Part shown: positions 1-14,900 of the stretch, piece by piece | Position numbering within the stretch: position 1 is the first letter of the stretch | Layout: the number at the start of each line of letters is the position of its first letter | Source of the DNA: Camelus ferus | Taxonomy: Eukaryota | Direction of reading: 5' to 3' | NCBI RefSeq assembly: GCF_009834535.1 | Contig: NC_045697.1 | Span: 18,788,001 to 18,852,000 of the forward strand | DNA: 64,000 bases | Position numbers and translations under genes: made by a program | The notes under the pieces: model-generated | What the model was told of the DNA's origin: nothing | Seen by the model: only the letters and a program-made list of their open reading frames with translations | Databases searched by the model: none

Positions 1-1359
1 GAACAGTCCCATAATTTAGGCTTTATTTGACCCTCAGTGCTTTTTAAAGTATAGCGGACTGATGACTCAGCATCCCTGAGCACTTGGAGGTCCCTGAGTG
101 AAAGGAGTTGTGTGAGTGCAAAGTGCTGTTTTTTTTTTATTTTTCTTATTTTACTATTATTAGCTTTATCGTAACTTTGTTTTCTGCCGAACAAAGCCTC
201 TCAAAGCTTTTGAATTTATAAAAACTTAATCAAGTGTAAAATATTCAAGATGGCACCTAGATTTTCTTATATAACTTTGCTGTTAAGAAATTAAATAAAC
301 TATGGCACTATTTTTGTTCTGTTACTAAAATTGGCTGTGAGTAATATTTTAAAGACTCAAAAACCTCCACACATTAGCTATTTTCTGAATGAGTGGCATT
401 TGCCCTACTTTTTAAAAGGAACACACAGCAGAGGTAGTAAAAGAAATTTGTTCAGCCTAATTTTAAAGTATAGCATTGATTTTTTTTTTAAATGTAATTC
501 AGGTACTTTAAATGTTTAAGCTGTGTTTGAGCATTACTTACGCAATCTGGAAAAGGAGATCAATAATTTAGTCTCTTCCCTAATTCACAGAGATCAGGGG
601 AATAGAAAAGATTTTAGAATTGTCATATATAGTTGAAATAGCAGCATTTCAGAGTATCTTAATTGTTTTGCAAGTGCTATTACTCTTTAATACTGTCTTC
701 TCAGTTACCAGAATTTATTTTCTGGTAAACTGATGTAATACCTTACTGTATTTATTTTCTCTAGTGCCTTTAAATTCTGTTCTTTTGGTGAAACAATATG
801 AATTATCCCATTCAGCAAAGTTGGCCATTTAAAAAAAAATAGTTCTTTAAAGTGTAATCATCCAGTTAGTCTAACATTGCTTTCTTCAGACATACAGTGG
901 TTACTTTAGTGTTCGGCTATATATAAAAAAATTGTATGTACTATTTTGAGAAGGACCAGTGGTAAAATCTTTCACATAATTTGATTGAATTCTGATAGCC
1001 TTCTTTCTGTTTTTTATTTGCAGAAAGACAATTGTGGATTTTTTTTAACTGTAGAATTTTATTTTAAAAAAAATACTGCTGTAACACTGGTAATTCTGTG
1101 AAATAGTTGTAGAACAATATAGAACAAGAAAAGACTATCTTTTAGAAGTCTTTTTGATGGGCAAAACAATACAATGTTAGTATTTGGTATACTTGATAAG
1201 GAAGACTTTGTACTTTGTTTTCAGAGATCAATTTCAGTACTTTTTACAGTTGGTTTTATCAAGCTCTTCAGTGGAATTACTGCCTTTAAGTCTAACCAAA
1301 CCTAGTGATAGCCATTCTGAGTGGTAGGTGCATAACTAAGAGGGTATTGGTGCCACTAA

Positions 1360-1566
<207 letters not shown>

Positions 1567-1780
1567 TGAGTTTTCTTTTTTATCCCCAACTCTCAGCATG
1601 AATTAGTAAGACAAATTCAACTATTTTTTAAATTAAAAATTGCTTTTCAGTAGCCCATTCATTCTTCACAAATATTTTTGTGGCCCTCACTTCTGAAAAT
1701 ATCACATTCAATTATTATTGCTGTCTTTATTGTCTTTTTTTTTTTTTTTAAACTCAAAATGGGCAGTGCCTGGTCTAGGG

Positions 1781-1988
1781 AAGTAATTCTTAACCAGAGT
1801 TGGTTCCTCACTGCCCCCCCAGAGGCATTTGGAAATATTGGAGTTATTTTTCTTTTTGCTGTCACAGTGACAGAGGAAGTAATGTTTGCATTGAGTGTCT
1901 AAGTGTCCTGCAGTGCCAAAGATAATTCCTATTCCACAAAGAGTTGGTCCATGCAGAGTATCAAAAGCACCCCTTTGAGAAACACTCT
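1781..1988. mobile_element. MER20-like hAT-Charlie DNA transposon relic
   Basis: Resembles the MER20 consensus as recalled (gcccccccagaggcatttggaaatattggag...tgtcacagtgac...ttgagaaacact). Confidence 0.55.
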
Positions 1989-3855
1989 TACATCAAATGG
2001 GCTTTGGAAGGCCATCCTGAGACCTAAAACAAAAATTTTGACATGGTTGCTCTGGCAGAGACTGCTATCTCACCAGCACATTTTTAGACTATGGCAGATA
2101 AATGCTGTTTGAATTATACATTTCAACCTCTACAGCCATTTTTCTTTTTTCATTCTAACATTTTATAATGAAAACGTTCAAACTTAAATAAAAGGGAGAA
2201 AGTAGTGTAAGGTGACCATCCACCTGGCCTCAATAGGTTTTACCACTTCTGTTTCATTATCTCTATCACCACCACCTTCCTCCTCTAGTTTTTTCCTAGA
2301 ATTTTTTAATGTAAATCTCAAACATCTTATCCTTTCAACCTTTTTTGCAACAGTGACTCTCTAACAGATCGTTTTCTTTTAAACATCAATATGCCAACAA
2401 AAGTTGATAGTAGTTCTTTAATGCCACCTAATGGCCAGTCCATGTGCAGATTTGCCATATCATCTCAGAAATATCTTTTTACAGTTGTGGTTTTGTTGTT
2501 ATTTTTAAGTTGACTTATATATTCAAACCTGGATCCAAACAAAATTCATAAATTTTAATAATAATTTGTAATAGTTTCTTCTCTTCCCCACTAGCCTTTT
2601 TTTCCTTCCGTGTTATTTATTTGTTGAAGAGACTGACCATTTTTCCCGTGGAATTTCCATTTTCTGGATCTGGCTGATTACACGTTCCTCTGCCTCTCAT
2701 ATTTTCCATAAACTGCTGGTTAGACTTTATTTTAGAGTTAGCTGGTCCTATAAGTGTTCATTTCTGACCAATCAGAAGTCATATAATATGTGGTCATCCC
2801 ACTTCTTGTTATGTTAAGATGGGTTATAGTAAGGTGAGCTGTTAGCCTAATTCATCAGTTATAAAGTTCCTCAGCAACCTGTAGCCAAATGATTTTAGTA
2901 GCCCTGATGATGGCTGCTTAAATGCAGCATTTCATTAAGGGTCACAAAGTGATGCTTTTCTTAATTCTTTTTTATTCTTAAACTTTACATTTGTTGGATG
3001 TTTGCTTTAAATGTAGTCTGGAGAAAAGGCAGGATAAGTGCTTGTTTATAATTTGCAAAATAGCAATGTATTCTTTGAAGGTGACCAGTGAGGTTTTAGG
3101 ATTTTGGTCTATTTCCTTGCTTTTGTTTTGTTTTATTATGAACTCATGGGGTTTATATAATGGATGGTTTTTAGTCCACTTGGTCATTATTATCATCATT
3201 TGCTTTATATTATGGAAATTTTCAAACATACTAAGGTAGCTTGCATAATGACATGAAACCTTTTGTGTTCATCCTCTTAACTTTCAGCAGTGATCTTAAC
3301 TCCAGGCCAGGCTTAATTCATCTTCATCTGTAACTCTACCTTACCCACACTCTCCTTTGCCATCATTTTAGTTTTATGCAAATCCGCAAACATTATATCA
3401 TCTATCAATGTTTCTGTGTATCTCTGAAATATCTAGAATCTCATTTTCTAATATGATTACAGTACCATGATCACATAAAAACAAACATAAGCCAACTATA
3501 AAAAGACATAATTTTTAGTGTCATTAAATACCCAGTCAGTGCTCAAAGTTAAAACTGTTTAAAATGTGGGGAGTTTTTTTAGCCTGTTGTTTGAATCAAA
3601 ATCAAGTAAGATCCATGAGATGTTACACTATATATTTTGTTGACATGTCCTTGAGCATTTTTTATTTGTGGATTTTCTCTCCATCTCTCTGTTCTCTCTC
3701 TCTCCCTCTCCCTCTCTCTCACTCTCACTCTCTCTCCCTTCTTTTAATTTATTTATTCAAGAGACTGAGTCAGTTGACCACAAGAGATTTCCACATACTG
3801 GATTTGCTAATTGTATTTCCCTGGTGTAGTTTAATGTATTTTTCTATAAATTGGG

Positions 3856-4295
3856 TGCCAAAGCTTTAGAAACGGAGCTGGAAACTAACTAAAAGTGGTT
3901 AAGACAGATTTTATTCACTACTATTGTGGTAGTGAACTGAGACTTCAGTATAGGACTAAACTCAACTCTAAATAAAAACAAGGACAAGTGGGGATTTATA
4001 GCCAAGGAGCAGAGTTGAGGGGGTCAGTAGATGGAAAATTACTAAGAGGAGATAATAAGGGCAGGGGGATTTTGGACAAACTAGCTTACCAGTAGTTTTG
4101 TAAAGACAGGCCTAGGTGATCAGATATAAAGCTGGGGGCAAGGAACTTGATCACATATCAAAGGTGGGAGGATGACTTCGGATTCTTACAATAATTGGTC
4201 TAGGCAGGGCAGTGACAGGGCCTAAGGAAGGATCTTAGTGAAAACAGGGCTCAGAGAAGCCTGTTTGAAGTTTGGTCCAGAGAGAGTCTTTGTCA
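3856..4295 (-). mobile_element. ERV1-class solo LTR, MER31/MER67-like
   Basis: The minus strand starts TGACAAAGACTCTCTC...ACCAAACTT and ends with AATAAAATCTGTCTT...CA, like the recalled MER31-family termini. Confidence 0.65.
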
Positions 4296-4323
4296 GTAGT
4301 TAATTTAGAAACTTGATCAGTGT

Positions 4324-4360
4324 GCCCGGCTAGCTCAGCCCGTAGAGCATGAGACTCTTA
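4324..4360 (+). pseudogene. Tailless retrocopy of the 5' half of tRNA-Lys(CTT)
   Basis: GCCCGGCTAGCTCAGcCcGTAGAGCATGAGACTCTTA matches 35 of 37 nt of tRNA-Lys-CTT positions 1-37. It is flanked by the direct repeat ttagaa(a/g)cttgatcag (4305-4320 and 4358-4373). Confidence 0.85.
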
Positions 4361-4978
4361 GAAGCTTGATCAGATTTAAGTTTGTTGTTCTTTGGTCCTT
4401 TTTTGTTGTTGTTTGTTGCTGGAGGGCAAGGCTACTTCATAGTGGTGTAGTGTCCTTGCATCAGGAGGTAGATAATATGCGTTTAGGCTGTTTCCAATTC
4501 AAATTACATGGTTTTATTTAACCTCTTTAACTTTGTATTACTGTTGACTCTAAGTTTCTTGATGGCAGAGAACGTATTTCACTTTTGGAGTATTTCCCAC
4601 TTACATAGATGTGGTTATTTTTTCAAGAATTTTCATGCTTTGCTATATTTAAAGTATTTAAAAGAAACCAAATCTCTAAAATCACAGTATCTAGAGGCAA
4701 TGCCATCAACTTTGGTAAACATCCTTCTAGACCCCTCTTTATGAATATATTCCATAGGACTGGATGTGAACATATGGAGACACATGCAGCCACTTAAAAA
4801 TGTATGTATATTTACCTAATGAAACCACAGCATAAAGAGTGTTTTATATTCTGCTTTTCATTCAGTGACATTTCGGAGAGGTATTTTCTTTTCAGTACAT
4901 TTAGATACATTATTTAAATAGGTGAATGATATAGTTTATTCAATCAATTTCCTCCTGTTGGACAGCTATTATTTTAAA

Positions 4979-5236
4979 TTTTTTTTAAATTGAAGTGTAG
5001 TCAGTTGCAGTGTGTCAACTTCTGATGTACAGCATAATGTCCCAGTCGTGCATATATATGCTTATATTCATTTTCATATTCTTTTTTATTAAAAGTTATT
5101 ACAAGATATTGAATATAGTGCTATACAGAAGAATTTTGTTTGTAGTCTATTTTTATATACAGTGGTTAACATTTGCAAATCTCAAACTCCCATATTTGTC
5201 CCTTCCCACCCCCTTTCCCTGGTAACGTTATGGTTA
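4979..5236 (-). mobile_element. 5'-truncated younger L1 3' end (artiodactyl/camelid type)
   Basis: PolyT followed by attgaagtgtagtcagtt...tgtacagcataatg...ctatacagaag...ccccctttccctggtaac. Imperfect TSD tggaca(gc/tt)tattattttaaa at ~4960 and ~5237. Confidence 0.75.
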
Positions 5237-5461
5237 TGGACATTTATTATTTTAAAAGTAACTTCCTTTTAATGAATAGCACTACATTAAACATACTGTG
5301 TAGCTCTCATTTAAAAATGATTTTTATGGACATATTATGTGTCCTTAGCTTGGCATTATTAAGAGTTCTCTTGATTTTGGGGGGGATATCTGTGTTTTCT
5401 TGGAGGATTAAAAATTGTTAGAATTTATTAATTATTAAACTATAATAAAGAATAGTCATAA

Positions 5462-5725
<264 letters not shown>

Positions 5726-5800
5726 TAAATTCTTTTTGATAGAAAGACATACAAATATATTAAGTTTTGTCATAGATTAGTGAATTCTAATAGATGATAA

Positions 5801-5980
<180 letters not shown>

Positions 5981-7309
5981 TAAGAAAACAGAAAAGTCAC
6001 AACATTCAAATGTAAAAATACACCTCAATTTCATGCTTTTTAATTTAGAAAGAATATATCAATAATCATTGCTGTTTATCATTGGCAATTATAGCCCACC
6101 TTATTTAAAAAATGCTTTAAAGCAATTACTCAATTTTTATCAATACATTCTTAATGACTTCCTGTTATACTATGTTTAATAAATTTTGGTTGTATATTAA
6201 ACATGTTTGATAGAGGGCACTATAAAATTATAATATGATGTATGGTTTCTTAACGCAGATGCATTATTCATTTTTTGTGGTACCTGCTGCATCCCAACAT
6301 AGGACCAGGTTTTCAAAAGCATAGAAATTTTAAATTTCTTTAAAAATACAAGCATAATTTTTATTAGTTTACTCTCCCACAAGAAGATAGATTTAAAAGT
6401 TAAATAAAATTGGTATCTTTTTTACTCTTGGAGAGAGGATTAGTGGTTAGGGCTTTTTGAAACTAAAAAAAAAAAAAAAAAAACTGCTTTTCTTAGCAAA
6501 ATGAAGCAAAACCCCTTAAACACCCTCTACTGTATTCCCCCTCCTTTTCTGAAACAGAACACGATGTAGTTGTATTAAAGATGGAGGGGATTTATGAGTA
6601 AGTTTGATTCGAGGTCAGTGTTGAGTGAACAGAAGATCATTTAGCTTTACTGTTCCTGAATATGCTTTGTATTTATGTCTTTGATGGACTATTTCATTGG
6701 CTGATGTTTTCTGGGACTATTACAGCAGTACTGGGTTGATCTATAATTAATCTAAGTAAATGCATCATTTTATTTTTGTTTTGTTATATTTTTCTATGTC
6801 ATGGTTGTACAAGGTGATTTTATTTCCCATTTCAACTTAATAAGCCAAAATATGTGAAACATAGTAATATTAAGTTATAAAACCTTGAAACTAAAACAAA
6901 TTATAAAAAGAGGAAAGGTAGGGAAAGAAGGGTGTAAAAATTGGAAAGAAAAACAAATCAAAGCAACCTCTGCTCTAGTTTTTCTCTTCTCATTCATTTT
7001 GTGTCATTCTATTCTAAGGACAATAATGTTTATTTGCTTTGGCATTAAATGTTTGTGCTACAAAAGCACAATTCAGAGGTTATGCCTGTGATCAGCAACA
7101 GCCTATATATGGACCACTTAGAAGACAGACTCAAATCTTAAAATAGTGTTTTCACTTACAGTTTCATGTAAAGTACCAGTCTGCCTTGCTTGAAAGTCCT
7201 CTTTATTTGAATATTTTAACATTCAAAACTATGTGGCTCTGAGTATAAAAATACTGCAATAAAAAAGAAGGACCCAGAGAATGCCTTAGGGAAAGTTGCA
7301 GTACCATTA

Positions 7310-8660
7310 TTAACAACGTACTGATAACCTTCTATGTGCCAGGCACTGTCTGGATGCTGGAGATACATTGGTGAGCAAGGTAGACTTCCTTTCCTCTTGG
7401 AGCTTACGTTTTGGTAGTATGACAGACAAAAACCAGCTACAGAAATACCCATGTAATGCACTAAAAAGGTTAATATAAGTGATAGGAAGACAAATTAAAA
7501 CAGGATAAAGGGATGGGGAGCTGGGGGACTGCTTAGAGTGGTCAGGGAAGCCTTTTGGAAGTAGGGCTCTTTGAACAGGGACCAGAATGAAGCTGGGAAA
7601 CCAAAAAGTGGGTGAGGAACATTCTAGGCAGACAGAATGAGGACAAAAAGAACTTAAGGTGGAAGGGAATGTGTGAAGACTAGCAAGGAAGCCATTGCTA
7701 GAGCCAGGGGAGGGATGGAGGGGCAGGTGACAGGAAACGATGCCGCCAGGTTAGTCTAGGACAGCACCTTGTCAAGTCCCTCTCTGTATCTGGGGTAAGG
7801 ACTTTACGTTATCTATGTGTGGTGAGAGGCCACTGGGGGGTTTTAAACAGGGAATGGTGGCTGGTTTGTGCTTGGTAGAATAATCCTGGCTGCTCTATGG
7901 ACAAGACAGCATAGAGATAAAGCAGTGGAAGCAGAGGGGAAGGTGGTGGGGCTTTTGTCATAAGTCAGGCAGGAGGTGATATCTTAGACCTGGGATTGTA
8001 CTGGTAAGGTGATGAGAGGTGACTGATTTGTTTGAAAACAGACTAACAGAATTTGTTGACAGATTGGATGTAAGAGAAAGCAAGGAGTCTAGGATAACTC
8101 CAAGGTTTGGGGATTGAGTGAATGTGGTGTCATCTATTGAGCTGTGAATTGAGGGAGGATCACGTTTAGGAAGAAATCAAAAATTCTGTTTTTGTTTAAG
8201 ACTGGGAGGCCTACTAATAGGCAATTTTAGTGGAACTGTTGAATAGGTAGTTAAATATATAAGCTGAGTGCCCGAGAAAGGCTATGGCTGGAGATAGAAA
8301 TTTAGAAGTTGCTAGCCTTTGAAGAGTGTAGCAAGTATGGGGTGTGGAGAGAGAAGAGGTCTGAGGACTTGGCTTTGGGCCACTAAAGGCCAGTTACAGC
8401 AGGTGTATCCCTGGAAGAAGAACGTGTGGGTCAGATGCTTCTGAGAAAGCTAGTAAGAATGAAGACAGGAGTGCCCGTGGGATTCATCTGTCTTGAAGTA
8501 CTTAGTGGCCTCGCCAAGAGCAGTTGCAGTGGAGACTTTGAGACAAAAGGCTGGAGATTTCAGGAGATGGGGCGGTAAAGAAGAGGAATTTTTCCATAAA
8601 GGGGAACGAGAAACAGGGTGGTAAGAGGGAAGGGCACTTACGTGTAATCATGGAAGAGTT
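7310..8660 (-). mobile_element. L2 LINE fragment(s)
   Basis: ctatgtgccaggcactgt...ctggagatac followed by the purine-rich body typical of antisense L2. Confidence 0.65.
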
Positions 8661-8679
8661 TTCTTTGCTTTTGATTTGA

Positions 8680-8813
8680 TTTTTTTTAATTAATTTTTTT
8701 TAGGGGGGAGGCAGTTAGGCTATTTGCTTATGTATTGGTGGAGGTACTAGAGATTGAACCCAGGACCTCACGTATGCTGAGCATGCGCTCTACCACTGAG
8801 CTACACCCTCCCC
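8680..8813 (-). mobile_element. vic-1-type (tRNA-Ala-derived) camelid SINE
   Basis: The reverse complement reads GGGAGGGTGTAGCTCAGTGGTAGAGCGCATGCTCAGCATACGTGAGGTCCTGGGTTCAATCTCTAGTACCTCCA, with A and B boxes and an A-rich tail. Confidence 0.85.
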
Positions 8814-9308
8814 ACCCTGCTTCTGATTTTAGAAGAGAAATAGTTCTAATGTGTTTGTATGCTGTTGGGAGTGATCTTCATAATCATCAAACACTCAGTG
8901 ATTACTTTCCATGTGATAAGTAACATCTAAGGTTTGATAGGATGATCTCGGATATCCATGTGTGTTTTGTGGAATATATGGATTGTAAGGTCATAGTGTG
9001 TAATGGAGAGAGCTCAGGCCAGGCAGGCAGCCAGCACTGGAGTCATTCTGGCCGGTCAGCTACTAACCAGGTGATTTTGAGGAACTTACCTGACCTCTGA
9101 GCCTGTTTCCCAATCTGCAAAATGATACCTATTAGAGGTTTTTTTTTTTTAAAAAAAAAACATATAAGATAATAATGGACTGTCCTGACTAGCATACCCG
9201 TAATGGCCTTCAGAGGTAATTTTTCCTTTGATGTTGGAATGAATATTTGTCAATTATGTCTATTTGGAAAGGTCATCTGAACTTGCAGATCAAAATATGA
9301 TTCATAGA

Positions 9309-9450
9309 CCAACAGGATTAATATCAACTGGGAATTTGCTAGAAATGCAGACTATCAGGCCCCACATGTGGTCTATAGGATCAGAACAGATACATGTTTA
9401 ACAGGAACCCCATATGATTTGTATGGACATTAAAGTTTGAAAAGCACTGA
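9309..9450. mobile_element. MER5-like hAT relic
   Basis: ctgggaatttgctagaaatgcagactatcaggcccc...aaagtttgaaaagcactg. Confidence 0.6.
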
Positions 9451-9714
9451 TACAGAAAACAAGTACCTGCCTGCTCTATTTTTTTTAGGAGTTCATTGAA
9501 CAAAGTGACATTTCCACATTCTTAACATGCTTGACATCTCAAAGTGTTTTTTATACCTAGCTTTGTTTGTAAATGCTTTTGTATATGTAAGTATATGACA
9601 GATAATTGTGATGTATTATTATATAGCATGTTCTTTCTGCATACTCTTGACAGTGAATGAAATGAAAACTCTCCATATGTGATGGCCTTTTCTTTTTTAA
9701 TTGTTGAAATATAG

Positions 9715-9864
<150 letters not shown>

Positions 9865-10883
9865 TAAATTACCAGTGAAATCTAAAATGTGCGAACTATT
9901 AGGTTAGCAGCATATAGAAGCTCATTTAATGTTAACTGTACCCAAATACATGAAGCTGTGCTCAGGTATTTATCTCAAGTTCAAGGGTCCTTAGCCCAGA
10001 TGTTCCTCAGACATGGCAGTCATCCTGCCTCAAGGAAGAACTCAAAACCATAAAGATGTTCTCTGAGAAACAGGGAACAAAAAGCCCCTCAGGTTATCCA
10101 AAAGTAGATTTTGAATGTTCAGTGAATCCCCTGAGGTTACATACAGATGACATTGTGTATAGATGCACGCGTATTTTGGGGGAGGGTTTATAATTCGCAT
10201 CGGATTTACAGTGGGGTCTCAAGGTGGTAATGAAGGCAGGTGGCAAGAGCTAATTCTTACCTGTATTTACTCTGAGGGCTTTTCTCACGAGGACATTGTG
10301 ACACGAACGAGTCATTTAATAGAAGTTACACTTTCCCGTGACACTCATTTGTGAACACCTGGAGACTTTTTCCAGCGAGATGGCCGCACCCAGGCAGTCT
10401 CCTCAGCCCAGCCCTGGTGGTCTGGCCTAGGTGTTTGAAGGTAGGGGTAGAGGATCGTCAGTTAGCATCTTGGTTCCTTCCTGCTGAAAGTACGGAAGAT
10501 TCCAGCTGATCTCTGAGCAGGAGGGGCTCTCATTCCCTCTCATTCTTAGGGATCCCTGAAGAGTTTTAAACAGCTGTTTATATCACAAATACTCATCTTT
10601 TATTAAAGAAATTATGCAGGTGCTGGTGTACTCTTAAGTGGTTACCCTGAAAGGCTGTGTTGGTTTATAAAGATTTTTAATATATCACTGAAATATTTTG
10701 TGTTAAAATAAAACTGCTACCTGTATGTGAGGTTTGCATATTAACATTCTGCTTGCTTTGGCTAAGCACCATGTTTGGGAAGTTTATAAATTTATACTAA
10801 GTTCTCTTCATGTTAATGCCAGTCTATGAGTGTTACTTTGGTAAAATTCTTACACTGCGATGTATATAAAACTCAATTTCTAA

Positions 10884-11075
<192 letters not shown>

Positions 11076-11353
11076 TAACTGAGCCCTTCGCAGCCACTCC
11101 CAGCTGTGGTTTAGCATGGTTTCATTTCACAATAAATTAGATTTTTGTTACATATCATTTGTTGATTAAAAAAAGAAAATAGAAGGAGCATGGTTTTATG
11201 CAAGAAATTTAAATTTAAGTCAATTTGTATGTTATCTTGAGATATTTTTAGTTCACTTTGTCTTAATCATCTCATTTAATGGAAACATTTTAACTATCCA
11301 TTTTCTCACAAATTAGATAGTCGAATGAGAAACTCATCTGTGTACTTGAATGA

Positions 11354-11542
<189 letters not shown>

Positions 11543-11610
11543 TGATGGGGGCTGGGTATGTGAGATTCTTTCCTGATACTAATTTAATGTATTATGCAAC
11601 CTTATTTTAA

Positions 11611-11979
<369 letters not shown>

Positions 11980-14900
11980 CCGCCGTCCTTTGCCAGGACT
12001 CACACTGACTTAAGTGCTGCACAGTGTTGACAGAAAAGGAGAAAGAAAAAAATGAACAATCTTTTGTGGTTTCTTGGGAAAACTTTTCATACCAGGTGAT
12101 AATTACTATTCAGAAACCCCATTACCTACAAGTGCTGATTTGAAGTGCAGAAGCCACAGTAAAACAAACAAAAAAACCCATCAAAATGTACAAACTTTTG
12201 GAAATCCTTTTTTTTTTTTTCAGCTGTAATTTTTGTTTGGTTGGGTTTTGTTTGGTTTTGTTTAAATGGGCAAAAAAATAGAGATGTGGCCGGAGTAAAA
12301 GTTAATCAAACTAGAAGACAAAAATCTAACATAGTTTTCATGGACCAAGGAACTTGTATAAGCTTTAGTAAAAGGTACATTTTCACCATACCTTTTTTTA
12401 TATCACAATATATAGCACACCTTTGTTACCAAATAGGTGGTTCTCCCTGCCCCCTTGGAGTTTTTGCTCTTAAGTACATTCAGGTTCCAAGCCTGACCAT
12501 GCTTGTTAATCTAATTACCATATTCTTCCAGGTCTTTTTGGTCTAAGGCTGGAACTGTTCTTTTTATTTTATTATTATTATTTTTTTAAAGCTGAAGTCT
12601 TATGACTTTTCATGGGTTGAAATTGTTTGGATTTCAGCAAGTCAAATGTTGTAAAGGCCTGCCTATTTTTTTTAAGATTATATGAAGTCTGTGCAAAAGC
12701 TTTAAAAAAAAAAATGCCTCTGCCTTGCCTGCAGTACATGCAACATACGTTAACCTAGTCTCTATTCTCAGTCACCATTGATAGTTATTTCTCTGTGTTC
12801 CTTTTTTTTTTTTTTAAATGTATTTATAGTGGTAATCCAAGAGGTTCTAACTTTTACCTGGAATTAAATGTGGCCATTTAGTCGTTAATGAGTTTAATGG
12901 CATGGAACATGTTGATTTTTGCAGTGTTCCCTCCTCCTTTCCCCTGCAGAAATGTATCTTTGTGTTCCAGGATTTGTTCAGGTTTTTCCCCCTCCTAATC
13001 TTGTACATAACTTGTATTATGTGTAAGTTAAACATTTTATTTTGAACTTGGAATGTTCCCAGTGATTTCATTCAGCAGGGAGTTTTTCTGCCTTGTTGAC
13101 ATATAACAAAAAAATATCATGAGAAGTATTTGCTACCAATTGGTAGATGGTTCCCTTATTGTATAATGAGGAAAATCTTAGCAAAAGCATGCTTTTATTT
13201 ACTTTTTTTTTTTTGGTAGCCTAGGCCAAAACATCATTGTAACCCTAAAGCAAGATGCTTTTACTAGATGACCAACTAAAATAGCTGGAAGACAGTACTT
13301 AAGTAACATATAGTTGTAAGATTATAAAAATGCAAATATAATTTCTTTCCATTTCTCTCCCTGCCTTTTTTTTTTTTTTTTTTCTTTTTTTGTCTTGTCT
13401 TCCCCAGTACTGAGTGTCTTCACGAATGTCTCCTACTCAGAAAGCATTTCTTTTCATTCAGTTGAGATTCAGGTTTGTGTGCTGGCCGTGCATGCTGGGC
13501 TCACCGTTTTTATGTCACTTCTGTTCCTGCACTTTGGTTATACCTTTGTTCAGTTTCTTAGAAATTGCAGCAGACTCGTTGGGCTACATTTAGTACAGGA
13601 ACCATGTGTGTAATGTTCAAGGACACGGTCTAGTCATACAATCATCTTTCTTAGAGTAAAAACTACCTCTAGATTGTGGTAAGCTTTTACTGTCCCATAA
13701 AACAGGAGCCACAAGTACCTTACGAATGCAAAACTGTAACTTCCTTCAGTGTTTCCCTACAGAAATGGTCTTTCTGGTGTCCTGGGCTATTTTGAAAAGT
13801 TTCCATCAGTAGACATTTTAAAACCTCACTGTTTGTAGCTTTTCTCCCCCTCAGCTTTGATATCTTCAGCATTCATTCTTTTGCTCAGACTATGTCATTG
13901 TAAATACAGTTCCTCGCATCTTTAAATCACTTTTTCCTCAGTTTTCAAGGGGGAGGTCATTTGTAAAACACGTTAGTGGTTAAGTCAAAGTTATTGTGCT
14001 TCTCTCTTTACTGCAAGCCTTTTAAATTACTCACAGGCCGCATTATACTGTATATGGCCTTTCTCTCTTCAAGTCTGCTCCAGTCACTGGCTTCTCTCTT
14101 GTGAGCTAATCCTGCCTCATACTATAAATCTGTTTCAGTGACCAAGGGCAGAATTCATTGTGGCCTTATCTTTCTTTGTTTTAACTGTTTACTGCTTTTT
14201 CTTGCAAACTTGTGTATTTCTGAGTAGTATTTATTCCTCTCTCTGTTGAGTCTGGAAATAGTCTTTACACAGTGCTTTTTGTTCAGAGCGCAGAAATGTT
14301 TTCAGTGCTGCTTTACTTTGAATTGGCCACAAGTTTCCTCCACTTCCCAGGTTTTGTATTTAGTTACAAAATTGTATTTAATTAACTGATAGCATATGAG
14401 ATGCTTTTGAAGAACAAATTATTCCATGCCCAGATTGCAATTCAAAATAATTTTTCAAGTTTATGACTTTATTAAAATGAACTTTTGTTTGTTTACTGTT
14501 TAACTATATCTAGACTGTAAACCCTTTTCTTCTTCTTTTTTTTTTTTTTTTTTGAAAAGTCCAAGAATATACTTATACAGGCATTTATCCCCACTATTTT
14601 ATGCCATTCTGCATACCATAAACTTAAGACTGAAATGATTTGTCTTTTGTGGCTTATTGTTTATCAGTAGTTCTTTTGTCAGCTGCTTAAAAACCTTTTT
14701 CACGGATTTGTGAATTACTTTCAAGTATAATTTATAGGAGCCTTGCCCTCTGGTTTAGTAGAACATGGCCCCTCCCCCAGTGGTGGCATTATTAACAATG
14801 CTGGTCATTTTTCCTCATAAAGACTCTCAGGATGGTAACCACTTCAATTAAAGTATAGCACATTTAAGTTTTGGGGGGTTTTTTTTATGTTTTATTTTGG

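Larger units (their letters stand above)
2140..4480 (-). mobile_element. Old L1M (L1MC-like) 3'-end fragments, interrupted by an LTR and a tRNA retrocopy
   Basis: T-rich antisense L1 3'UTR-like motifs occur twice (e.g. aatttccattttctggatctggctgatt and atttccacatactggatttgctaattg). Boundaries are approximate. Confidence 0.5.

Noticed and set aside
8737..8813. Possible tRNA-Ala genes (also ~19060 and ~44620)
   Set aside because: They have tRNA-derived heads but a SINE body, an A-tail and, for two of them, TSDs. The acceptor stem is not intact, so they are SINEs.
10371..10388. Weaker CTCF-like words (also ~22243, ~33161, ~37105)
   Set aside because: Each has a spacing error or mismatches in the core. 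Only the 29495 site is a full match.
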